From: Nitrospira japonica
GTDB taxonomy: Bacteria > Nitrospirota > Thermodesulfovibrionia > Thermodesulfovibrionales > SM23-35
Length of the DNA stretch: 43,269 nucleotides
Assembly: GCA_020725385.1 (NCBI GenBank)
Contig: DYFC01000051.1
Span: 1 to 43,269 of the forward strand
Direction of reading: 5' to 3'
The notes under the pieces were generated by a model, which had not been told where the DNA came from, searched no databases, and saw nothing but the letters and a program-made list of their open reading frames with translations. A program made the position numbers and the translations under genes. The first letter of the stretch is position 1, and the number at the start of each line of letters is the position of its first letter. Of the stretch, positions 30,149 to 38,623 are shown one piece after another.

Positions 30149-30892
30149 ATGTCCTTAAATGAACCCGATATTTATCCATTTTCTGTAACTGACATATCGA
30201 ATAAAGATGCTCTTATTATTTCACCCCATCCTGATGACGAATCTCTTGGTTGTGGAGGTTCGATAATCAAACATATACAAGCAGGCCGCAAAGTAAAGGT
30301 TATATTCCTCACAAACGGGGATAAAGGAGACTTTACAGGCAGATTTGGCAATGACTATGTAAATATTCGCAAAAAGTCTGCTGTTAAAGCAATGGAAATA
30401 CTTGGCGTAAGTGATTTTGAATTCTGGGGTTTTCCGGATAGAGAATTAAAGTTTTCTTTTGAGCAAGTTTTTTACAAACTAAAAAAACTTATTGAAATAT
30501 TTTATCCGTCTGTTATTTATGTGCCTTCACCTTTTGAGGCCCATCCTGACCATAAAACTGCTTTTAATATTGTCTGGGCTCTTAAAGATATTTTCAAAGG
30601 ACAAATACTGATTTATGAAATACTTATGGCTCTTTACCCGAATATTCTTGTAGATATAACAAATCAATTCAAGAGGAAACAAAAGGCAATCAAACAATAC
30701 AAAACAGAAATATATTACAACGACTACCTCAAAAAAATAGCGGGATTAAATCGTTTTAGGACAGCTACACTTCCTGAAAATATTGAATATGCCGAAGCTT
30801 TTTTTGTTATTGACACACCTTTAATTAATGTTGATAAACAATTTCTTCATTTGTATAACTCTTTAACCGAAAAAATGCATTTCTCGACTTAG
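30149..30892 (+). CDS. PIG-L / LmbE family N-acetyl deacetylase
   Basis: SPHPDDESLGCGG, LTNGD, HPDH, YAEAF. Confidence 0.9.
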   Translation: MSLNEPDIYPFSVTDISNKDALIISPHPDDESLGCGGSIIKHIQAGRKVKVIFLTNGDKGDFTGRFGNDYVNIRKKSAVKAMEILGVSDFEFWGFPDRELKFSFEQVFYKLKKLIEIFYPSVIYVPSPFEAHPDHKTAFNIVWALKDIFKGQILIYEILMALYPNILVDITNQFKRKQKAIKQYKTEIYYNDYLKKIAGLNRFRTATLPENIEYAEAFFVIDTPLINVDKQFLHLYNSLTEKMHFST

Positions 30893-30900
30893 AAAGCTAT

Positions 30901-31506
30901 TTATCTTGGTGGTCTTTGAGTCTCTCTCTGCCGTGGCGGGGCAGCTTTCGATGGCTGGTGTTCCTGTGTTTGAGGGGTTGTCTGGACGCTCCTGCTTTTT
31001 TTACTTTCTGTAACTTTTAATGTAAGAGTTTCATCTTCTCTTGCCAAAATAATATGGTCGGGTTCAATTTCTTTTATAGTAAAACCGCTGATAGTGTCGC
31101 CTTTTTTCATAACTGCCTGCCTCTTACCTCTTCCGGGAGTATTTCTTGGTGCTTTAACATCTTCAAGATAGGCGAGCCTTAATTCATCTGTTATAAGTGT
31201 ACCGTATAAAACGAATTCAGGTTTTGGAAGCTGTTTTTCAGCTATTTTTTCAGGAGAAGCAGGTATTTTTCTTTCAGGGTGAAAAAGATTTTCCTCGGAA
31301 ATCTTTATATAATCAGCAGGTGAAGGAGGAAGTTTTGAAAAAGTTTCTTCCATTAATTCTGGTTCCTGCTTTGAAATTGGAGGTAATGTTAAAACTGTTT
31401 TTATATTAAGAGTCGGTATAAAAATATATAGGGCAAACGATAATGTTAAAAAAAACAATAATATATTCAAAAGATTGACGTTTCTTGCTAAATTTTTCAA
31501 AAGCAT
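30901..31506 (-). CDS. GspC/GspN-like T2SS accessory protein
   Basis: N-terminal TM, Pro-rich linker, NLFHPER, FVLYGTLI..AYL, KKGDTISGF.I.EI.PDHIIL (GspC HR-like domain), low-complexity tail. Confidence 0.65.
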   Translation of the reverse strand: MLLKNLARNVNLLNILLFFLTLSFALYIFIPTLNIKTVLTLPPISKQEPELMEETFSKLPPSPADYIKISEENLFHPERKIPASPEKIAEKQLPKPEFVLYGTLITDELRLAYLEDVKAPRNTPGRGKRQAVMKKGDTISGFTIKEIEPDHIILAREDETLTLKVTESKKSRSVQTTPQTQEHQPSKAAPPRQRETQRPPR

Positions 31507-31645
31507 TTTTTACCCTTTTTTAATTCTACCACAAAGCTGTCATTTCGAACAAACCGGGGAATCTTTAACTAATTATCCTATTGGAAGATTTCTCATAGCT
31601 TTACTTCTCGAAATAATATATTTGTTGAAAATTGAAATTAATATA

Positions 31646-31675
31646 TTGCATTTAGAAAAATATTTTTGTTATACT
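31646..31675 (+). promoter_or_regulatory. Sigma70-type promoter for the acetate cluster
   Basis: TTGCAT (31646-51), 18-nt spacer, extended -10 TG-T-TATACT (31667-75). Confidence 0.55.
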
Positions 31676-31687
31676 TACATTCACCCA

Positions 31688-31732
31688 AGCCTCTGGTGTC
31701 GGCAGAATTTCCGATACAGAGGCTATTTTATA
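31688..31732 (+). promoter_or_regulatory. Long leader hairpin followed by a U-rich run (attenuator-like or 5' stabiliser)
   Basis: AGCCTCT-G-GTGTCGG / CCGATAC-AGAGGCT: 14-bp stem with one bulge and one G-U pair, 8-nt loop, then ATTTTATA. Confidence 0.55.
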
Positions 31733-31836
31733 CTGAAATATTAAGTATTGTATGCAAGTAAAAAACTTACTGCAAATATCCGACCTTTTAAACCTCAAAA
31801 AAAATAAGACAAAATTGCGTATTAAGGGGGGGCTCC

Positions 31837-33735
31837 ATGTTAACGGAAGAAGTAATAGAGTTTTTACATAAAATTCCGCCATTTCAATTTCTTGATAATG
31901 CAACTCTCAAACAACTCGTTAGCGGTGTTACTATGGAATTCTTTCCAAAAGGTACTGCTATACAATATCAGGGAGGACCTGCTCCCGAGTATATTTATGT
32001 AATAAAAAAAGGTGAGGTTAAAGTCTCCATTAAGAATGAATCCGAAGAGGTATTTGTTGATTATAGAGGAGAAGGAGACCTTATAGGCTATATGCTAATA
32101 TTCGGGGGGAATAGGGCAAGAGCTACTGTTATAGCTGTAAATGATACTATATGTTATCTTATCAAAAGAGAACCCATACAAAATCTTCTATATACGAATC
32201 CTGCTGTAAGAGAATTTTTCCACACTTCTTTTTTAAGTAAATACTTAGACAAGACATTCAAAGAAATCCAGAACAGGAATCTTGTTTACAGCGGAGGAGA
32301 TAAAATTCTTTTTACAATGCCTGTTGGTGAGCTGGCATCAAAGGATGTAATTAAAGCATCAGAAAATATTACTATTCAGGAAGCTGCCGAGATAATGTCT
32401 AATTACAGCATCAGTTCCCTTATCCTTATTGATGCAGACGGAAATCCATCCGGAATTATTACTGATAGGGATCTTAGAGATAAGGTTGTTTCAAAAGGTA
32501 GGGATTGCAAAGAACCTGTAAAAAATATTATGAGTGTTCCACATGTGAGAGCCGATGTGAAGGAGTATTGTTTCGAGGCTATTCTTAAAATGGTTAAGCA
32601 TAATGTTCACCATCTTCTCATTATGAAGGACGGCAAACTTAAAGGCATTTTAACAAATCATGACTTAATGCTTATACAGGGCACTTCACCGCTTTCAATT
32701 GTAAAAGACATAGAAGGGCAGACGACAATAGATGCGCTTGTTCCTGTATCAAAAAGAATAAATAATATCATTGGTCTGTTGTTAAATGAAGGAGCAAAAG
32801 CAAGCAGTATTACAAGAATTATAACTGAAATTAATGACAGGCTTGTAAGAAAAATCCTTGAAATAGCAGAGGAGCGTTTCGGAGAACCTCCTATTCCATA
32901 TTGCTGGATTGTCTTTGGCAGTGAAGGAAGAAAAGAGCAAACATTTAAAACAGACCAGGATAATGCTCTAATTTACGCTGACCCGGCATCTGAAGAAGAA
33001 GAGTCACTTGCACGGGAATATTTCAGAAGCTTTTCTCTTTTTGTGAGAGAAGGCTTGCTTAAGTGCGGTTTTCCACCCTGTCCCGCGGATTTTATGGCGA
33101 CAAACCCTATGTGGAGGCAGCCTTTGCATGTCTGGAAGAAATATTTTACGAACTGGATTTCAACCCCCACATCCGAAGCCATATTGAACTCTGTCACATT
33201 TTTCGATTTCAGAGCAGTATATGGCGAAACAAAGCTTCTTGAATGGTTAAAAGACTTCGTTATGAATATGGTAAAAGACAATAAAGTATTTCTTGGATAT
33301 ATAGCGAATATGGCTATAAAGAATATGCCACCAATAGGATTTCTCAAGACTTTTGTTGTAGAAAAGAGCGGGGAGCATAAAGATAAGCTTAACCTAAAAG
33401 TCAAGGGTCTTGCTCCTCTGGTTGATATAGTCAGACTTTTTGCACTTGAAAAAGGCATTCACGAGACATCAACTATAGAGAGAATCTTAACCTTGAAGGA
33501 TAAGCATACTATTATAAAAGAATATGCAGATGAACTACTTCACGCTTTTGAATTTATCTTGCTTCTTAGAATACAGAACCAGTTCGAACAGTTGAAAAAA
33601 GGTGAGGATATCAATAATTTTATAAATCCAAATGCTTTGAGTAATCTCGAAAAAAGAATTGCAAAGGAAACTTTTCATCTTATATCAAAAGTTCAGGACT
33701 TAATTATCGAACGTTATAAAGCTATGATCTGGTAG
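31837..33735 (+). CDS. Cyclic-nucleotide-binding + 2xCBS + DUF294 nucleotidyltransferase (GlnD/GlnE-like fold) signalling protein
   Basis: 632 aa; IPPFQFL..YVIKKGEV (cNMP), GIITDRDLR..HHL (CBS pair), FGSEGRKEQTFKTDQDNAL (GS..DxD), MATNPMW, FFDFR, LNLK..GLAPLVDIVR. Confidence 0.92.
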   Translation: MLTEEVIEFLHKIPPFQFLDNATLKQLVSGVTMEFFPKGTAIQYQGGPAPEYIYVIKKGEVKVSIKNESEEVFVDYRGEGDLIGYMLIFGGNRARATVIAVNDTICYLIKREPIQNLLYTNPAVREFFHTSFLSKYLDKTFKEIQNRNLVYSGGDKILFTMPVGELASKDVIKASENITIQEAAEIMSNYSISSLILIDADGNPSGIITDRDLRDKVVSKGRDCKEPVKNIMSVPHVRADVKEYCFEAILKMVKHNVHHLLIMKDGKLKGILTNHDLMLIQGTSPLSIVKDIEGQTTIDALVPVSKRINNIIGLLLNEGAKASSITRIITEINDRLVRKILEIAEERFGEPPIPYCWIVFGSEGRKEQTFKTDQDNALIYADPASEEEESLAREYFRSFSLFVREGLLKCGFPPCPADFMATNPMWRQPLHVWKKYFTNWISTPTSEAILNSVTFFDFRAVYGETKLLEWLKDFVMNMVKDNKVFLGYIANMAIKNMPPIGFLKTFVVEKSGEHKDKLNLKVKGLAPLVDIVRLFALEKGIHETSTIERILTLKDKHTIIKEYADELLHAFEFILLLRIQNQFEQLKKGEDINNFINPNALSNLEKRIAKETFHLISKVQDLIIERYKAMIW

Positions 33736-33740
33736 AGAGT

Positions 33741-34445
33741 ATGTATAGTTTTTTCAAACTTAAAAAGCAGGAATTTGTATCCCCGGATTTAGATAAATCT
33801 ATTTCCGAGGCGAATTATACTGTAATAGACACAGAACTTACCGGACTGAACGAACGTAAAGACTCAATAATTTCAATTGGCGCTGTTAAGATGGTAGGTT
33901 CAAAAATTGATTTAAGCAGAGATTTCCATAGATTTACAAAACCCGGGACAAAGTTTAAATCCGAAAGTGTAGTGGTACATGGAATTACTCCTTCCGATGT
34001 TTCCGAAGAACCTGCAATAGATTCTATTTTATCCGAATTCTCAGATTTTTGCGGTGATGATACTCTTATAGGTCATTGTGTTTCAATTGATATGGCGTTT
34101 ATTAACAGGGAAATGAAAAGAGTTTTGGGAAATCCAATGTCTAATCCTGTTATTGATACATTTTTTATATACGAATGGATTAGAAACCAGAGTCCTTCAA
34201 AGCCATGTTTTTCATACGCTTCAAAAGATTCAGGGCTTTATGAAATAGCAAAATGTTTCGAAATTCCGGTTCGCGGGGCCCACGACGCATTAACAGATGC
34301 ATTCATAACCGCTCAAATTTTTCAAAGGTTTATACCTGTTCTTATAAATCTTGGGGTAAAGAATCTCGGGATGCTTCTTAAGATAGGACATCCTGAAGAA
34401 GGAGGTGATAAAAGTAGCAAATCGGGTTTAATAAGTAACTTCTAA
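33741..34445 (+). CDS. Stand-alone DEDDh 3'-5' exonuclease (DnaQ/PolC-like)
   Basis: ExoI VIDTELTG, ExoII GHCVSID, ExoIII HDALTDA all intact; starts 5 bp after the DUF294 gene. Confidence 0.9.
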   Translation: MYSFFKLKKQEFVSPDLDKSISEANYTVIDTELTGLNERKDSIISIGAVKMVGSKIDLSRDFHRFTKPGTKFKSESVVVHGITPSDVSEEPAIDSILSEFSDFCGDDTLIGHCVSIDMAFINREMKRVLGNPMSNPVIDTFFIYEWIRNQSPSKPCFSYASKDSGLYEIAKCFEIPVRGAHDALTDAFITAQIFQRFIPVLINLGVKNLGMLLKIGHPEEGGDKSSKSGLISNF

Positions 34446-34475
34446 AAATTAAAAATTAAAGAAGGGGGGCTTAGG

Positions 34476-34784
34476 ATGAGTAAATTGAAAAGTACACAGG
34501 AAATCCTTCAGGATGAGGATTTTAAATCATTATCAAGTCAGAAAAATGCAATATCAATTATTCTGACAATCCTTGAATTAGTATTATATTTCGGGTTTAT
34601 TGCCCTTATTGCCTTCAACAAACCTTTTCTTTCACAAAAACTCTCCGGCGCAATAACAATAGGAATTCCCATAGCAGTTGGTACGATTATACTTTCATGG
34701 ATATTCACCGGCATATATATCCGCTGGGCTAATAGTAAATATGATGTGCTTGTTAAAAAAGTTAAAGAAAAGATAGGAGGGTAA
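34476..34784 (+). CDS. DUF485 (YjcH-like) small membrane partner of ActP
   Basis: 102 aa, two TM; [33 protein letters not shown]. Confidence 0.92.
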   Translation: MSKLKSTQEILQDEDFKSLSSQKNAISIILTILELVLYFGFIALIAFNKPFLSQKLSGAITIGIPIAVGTIILSWIFTGIYIRWANSKYDVLVKKVKEKIGG

Positions 34785-34786
34785 AA

Positions 34787-36514
34787 ATGCCACAGGCACC
34801 ACAAACTATTATAGGGCAATTTAATCCAGTAGCTGTAATGTTTTTTGTTTTATTTGTAATATCAACACTTGCAATTACTTACTGGGCTGCAAAGAGAACC
34901 CGTACCACAAAAGATTTCTATGCTGCTGGAAGAAGTGTTACAGGTTTCCAGAATGGATTAGCGCTTGCAGGTGATTACATGAGTGCAGCTTCATTTCTTG
35001 GAATAGCAGGACTTGTCTCGACAAAAGGTTATGATGGGTTGATCTACTCTGTAGGTTGGCTTGTTGGCTGGCCAATTATTATGTTTCTGATTTCCGAACC
35101 ATTGAGAAATCTTGGCAAATATACTTTTGCCGATGTTGTGGCATACCGTTTGAGTCAGAGACCTATAAGAGCAGCAGCGGCAGCGGGTTCACTGGTTACA
35201 GTCCTTTTCTATCTAATAGCTCAAATGGTTGGTGCAGGTACTTTAATTAAATTAATGTTCGGTCTGCCTTATGAAATTGCTATAATTGTTGTTGGTATCC
35301 TTATGATATCGTATGTTCTTTTCGGTGGAATGATTGCTACAACATGGGTTCAGATAATAAAAGCTGTCCTTTTACTCGGTGGAGCAACGCTGCTTGTCCT
35401 ACTTACAATGGCACAATTTGGATTTAGCTACGGAGACCTTTTTGCGCAGGCTGAGGCAAAATATACTGCAAAATTTCTTGAACCGGGTGGTCTTGTGACA
35501 AATCCTGTTGATGCATTTTCACTCGGACTGGCTCTAATGTTTGGTACAGCAGGTCTTCCCCACATTTTAATGAGATTCTATACAGTTCCGGATGCTCGTG
35601 AAGCAAGAAAATCTGTTTTCTATGCAACAGGATTTATCGGATATTTTTATATACTTACAGTTACTATTGGTTTTGGCGCAGCTGTCCTTGTAGGTCAGGA
35701 CCTTATTACAAGTATAGACAAAGGCGGTAATATGGCCGGACCATTACTTGCCGAAACACTCGGTGGCAATTTGTTTCTTGGATTTCTCGCAGCAGTTGCT
35801 TTTGCAACAATTCTTGCTGTTGTCTCTGGACTTACACTTGCAGGTGCATCCGCATTCTCTCATGATCTTTTCGTAGGCGTTATAAGAAGGGGTGTTGCTG
35901 CAGAGAAAGAAGAAGTAAAGGTCGCAAAAATTGCAACAGTCGGACTTGGTGCAACTGCAATACTCCTCGGCATTCTTTTTAAAGGCCAGAATGTAGCCTT
36001 TCTTGTCGGACTGACATTTGCTATAGCAGCAAGTGCGAATTTCCCCGCGCTTTTAATGTCTATTACATGGAAGAAATTTACAACTAAAGGTGCTGTAGCA
36101 AGTATCTACACGGGTCTTTTCACAGCTACTATACTTATTATTTTGAGTCCAACTGTATGGGTTGATATTGTTCATAAGACAGAAAAAGCTGCTGTTGAAA
36201 AAGAGATAAAGTCAATTGAGACAGCTTCTAAAGAAAAAATAAATGCTCTTGAACAACAAAAAGCGACCAGTAAAGATATTGCTGCTATAGATTCTTTAAT
36301 TTCTGCTGAAAAACAACAGGCAGACTTGCAGATTAAAGAAGCAAAAGCAAAAATGCCAAAACCTATTTTCCCTTTAAAGAATCCAGGTATTTATTCAATG
36401 GGAGCAGCTTTCTTAATCGGCATATTGTTCTCTTTATTCGGGCGTGAAAAAGAGGCTGAAGCAAAATATGAAGAAGAAAAATTAAGAACGTATATAGGAA
36501 TAGGAGCGGAGTAA
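34787..36514 (+). CDS. actP: Cation/acetate symporter ActP (SSS family)
   Basis: [70 protein letters not shown]; adjacent to DUF485 and acs. Confidence 0.92.
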   Translation: MPQAPQTIIGQFNPVAVMFFVLFVISTLAITYWAAKRTRTTKDFYAAGRSVTGFQNGLALAGDYMSAASFLGIAGLVSTKGYDGLIYSVGWLVGWPIIMFLISEPLRNLGKYTFADVVAYRLSQRPIRAAAAAGSLVTVLFYLIAQMVGAGTLIKLMFGLPYEIAIIVVGILMISYVLFGGMIATTWVQIIKAVLLLGGATLLVLLTMAQFGFSYGDLFAQAEAKYTAKFLEPGGLVTNPVDAFSLGLALMFGTAGLPHILMRFYTVPDAREARKSVFYATGFIGYFYILTVTIGFGAAVLVGQDLITSIDKGGNMAGPLLAETLGGNLFLGFLAAVAFATILAVVSGLTLAGASAFSHDLFVGVIRRGVAAEKEEVKVAKIATVGLGATAILLGILFKGQNVAFLVGLTFAIAASANFPALLMSITWKKFTTKGAVASIYTGLFTATILIILSPTVWVDIVHKTEKAAVEKEIKSIETASKEKINALEQQKATSKDIAAIDSLISAEKQQADLQIKEAKAKMPKPIFPLKNPGIYSMGAAFLIGILFSLFGREKEAEAKYEEEKLRTYIGIGAE

Positions 36515-36565
36515 AATACTTACTTAATAAATACTCAATTTTGTTAAAAGGAGGTTACATATAGA

Positions 36566-38536
36566 ATGTCGAAGGAAAGTATTGATGTATTAATGGCTGA
36601 GAAAAGAACTTTTCCACCTTCTAAAGAATTCAGCGAAAAAGCGCATATAAAAAGTTTTGCTGAATATGAAAAACTTTATAAATATTCAATCGAAGACCCG
36701 GATGGATTCTGGGCAGAAATGGCAGAGAAAAATCTCACATGGTTTAAAAAATGGGACAAAGTTTCTGAATGGGATTTTGACAAACCTTATATAAAATGGT
36801 TTATAGGCGGCAAATTAAACGCCTGTTATAACTGTCTTGATAGGTTTATAAATACTCCGACAAGAAACAAAGCAGCCATAATCTGGGAAGCTGATGATGG
36901 TACATATAAAACTTATACTTATCAACAGCTTTATAGAGAAGTTAACAGGTTTGCCAATGTCTTGAAAAAACACGGTGTAAAAAGAGGTGACAGGGTTACT
37001 ATTTATCTTCCGATGATCCCGGAGCTTCCAATCTCTATGCTTGCATGCGCACGTATTGGTGCCACACACAGTGTTGTATTTGGAGGGTTCAGTGCAAATG
37101 CCTTAAAAGACAGAATCCAGGATTGCAAATCAAGCATTCTCATTACAGCTGATAAAGGTGTAAGAGGCGGTAGAACAGTTCCTTTAAAAGCAAATGCAGA
37201 TCAGGCACTTCAGGAATGCCCGACAATAGAAAAAGTCATTGTAGTAAAAAGAACCGGTCCCGCAGATATGGAGCCACAGAGAGATTTCTGGTGGCATGAT
37301 GAGATGGAAGACCCTGATATAAAGGATTATTGTGAGCCCGAACAAATGGATGCCGAAGATCCATTGTTTATTCTTTACACTTCTGGTTCTACAGGGAAGC
37401 CAAAAGGAGTTTTACATACAACAGGCGGATATATGCTTTACACAAACCTAACTTTCAGATGGATATTTGATTATCATGATGAAGATATACATTTTTGCAC
37501 CGCTGACATCGGATGGGTTACAGGACACAGCTATATACTTTATGGGCCATTAAGCAATGGAGCGACAAGTCTGATGTTTGAAGGAATCCCAACCTATCCT
37601 GACCCGAGTAGATTCTGGAAGATTGTTGATAAATTTGGTGTAAATATTTTCTACACTGCACCTACCGCTATCAGAGCTTTAATGAGAGAAGGCCCTGATT
37701 GGGTTAATAAACAAAATCTTTCATCACTCAGGGTTCTTGGCACAGTTGGAGAACCAATAAACCCTGAAGCATGGATGTGGTATCATACACATGTCGGAAA
37801 ATCAAAACTTCCTATAGTTGACACATGGTGGCAGACAGAAACAGGTGGAATTCTCATCACACCTCTACCTGGTGCAATGTCAACCAAGCCAGGCTCGGCA
37901 AGCAGACCATTTCCCGGTGTAGTCCCGAAAGTTTTAAAAGAAGATGGTTCTCCTGCCGGAGCTAATGAAGGAGGTTATCTTGTTATAGAAAAACCATGGC
38001 CCGGCATATTACGCGGAACATATGGCGACCCTGAAAATAAACGCATAAAAGAAGTCTATTTTAGTAGATTTCCGGGTAAATATTTCACAGGTGATGGAGC
38101 AAGGGTTGATGAAGACGGTGATTACTGGCTGATGGGAAGAATAGATGATGTTATCAATGTTTCAGGTCACAGAATAGGAACTGCTGAGATTGAATCAGCT
38201 CTGGTAAGCCACGAGGCTGTTGCTGAAGCTGCAACAGTTGGTTATCCACATGAAATTAAGGGTGAAGGTATTTATGTATATGTAACACTTAAAGAAGGCT
38301 TTGAACCAACCCCTGAATTAAAGAAAATACTTATTGGACATGTAAGACAGGTGATCGGTCCTATTGCTACACCGGATAAAATACAGTTTGCGCCCGGACT
38401 GCCAAAAACGCGTAGCGGAAAGATCATGAGAAGAATCCTGAGGAAAATAGCAAGAGGAGATACAGAAGATTTAGGAGATACCTCAACTCTTGCTGACCCT
38501 TCGGTTGTCGGGGAAATCCTGAAAGGCAAGCAATAA
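36566..38536 (+). CDS. acs: AMP-forming acetyl-CoA synthetase
   Basis: [68 protein letters not shown]. Confidence 0.97.
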   Translation: MSKESIDVLMAEKRTFPPSKEFSEKAHIKSFAEYEKLYKYSIEDPDGFWAEMAEKNLTWFKKWDKVSEWDFDKPYIKWFIGGKLNACYNCLDRFINTPTRNKAAIIWEADDGTYKTYTYQQLYREVNRFANVLKKHGVKRGDRVTIYLPMIPELPISMLACARIGATHSVVFGGFSANALKDRIQDCKSSILITADKGVRGGRTVPLKANADQALQECPTIEKVIVVKRTGPADMEPQRDFWWHDEMEDPDIKDYCEPEQMDAEDPLFILYTSGSTGKPKGVLHTTGGYMLYTNLTFRWIFDYHDEDIHFCTADIGWVTGHSYILYGPLSNGATSLMFEGIPTYPDPSRFWKIVDKFGVNIFYTAPTAIRALMREGPDWVNKQNLSSLRVLGTVGEPINPEAWMWYHTHVGKSKLPIVDTWWQTETGGILITPLPGAMSTKPGSASRPFPGVVPKVLKEDGSPAGANEGGYLVIEKPWPGILRGTYGDPENKRIKEVYFSRFPGKYFTGDGARVDEDGDYWLMGRIDDVINVSGHRIGTAEIESALVSHEAVAEAATVGYPHEIKGEGIYVYVTLKEGFEPTPELKKILIGHVRQVIGPIATPDKIQFAPGLPKTRSGKIMRRILRKIARGDTEDLGDTSTLADPSVVGEILKGKQ

Positions 38537-38546
38537 GTTTTAAATA

Positions 38547-38577
38547 AACAGGGGTTCATAATAATCGAACCCCTGTT
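38547..38577 (+). terminator. Hairpin after acs
   Basis: AACAGGGGTTC / GAACCCCTGTT 11-bp inverted repeat 10 nt after the acs stop. Confidence 0.7.
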
Positions 38578-38623
38578 ATAATAATTAACTGACTAAAGAT
38601 AATATTAATAAAACGGAGTTTTT

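Noticed and set aside
31475-31903. ORFs 31475..31744 (+) and 31652..31903 (-)
   Set aside because: They overlap real gene starts and the promoter/hairpin region, have no RBS or recognisable motifs, and look like chance AT-rich frames.
31837-34445. Nucleotidyltransferase + nuclease pair as an anti-phage (CBASS-like or toxin-antitoxin) system
   Set aside because: Architecture is cNMP-CBS-DUF294 (GlnD/GlnE-like), not CD-NTase or MNT-HEPN; context is a metabolic operon with no defence or mobility genes.
33741-34445. Calling the exonuclease dnaQ (Pol III epsilon)
   Set aside because: It has the DEDDh core, but its tight coupling to DUF294 fits the stand-alone partner family; no gene symbol assigned.
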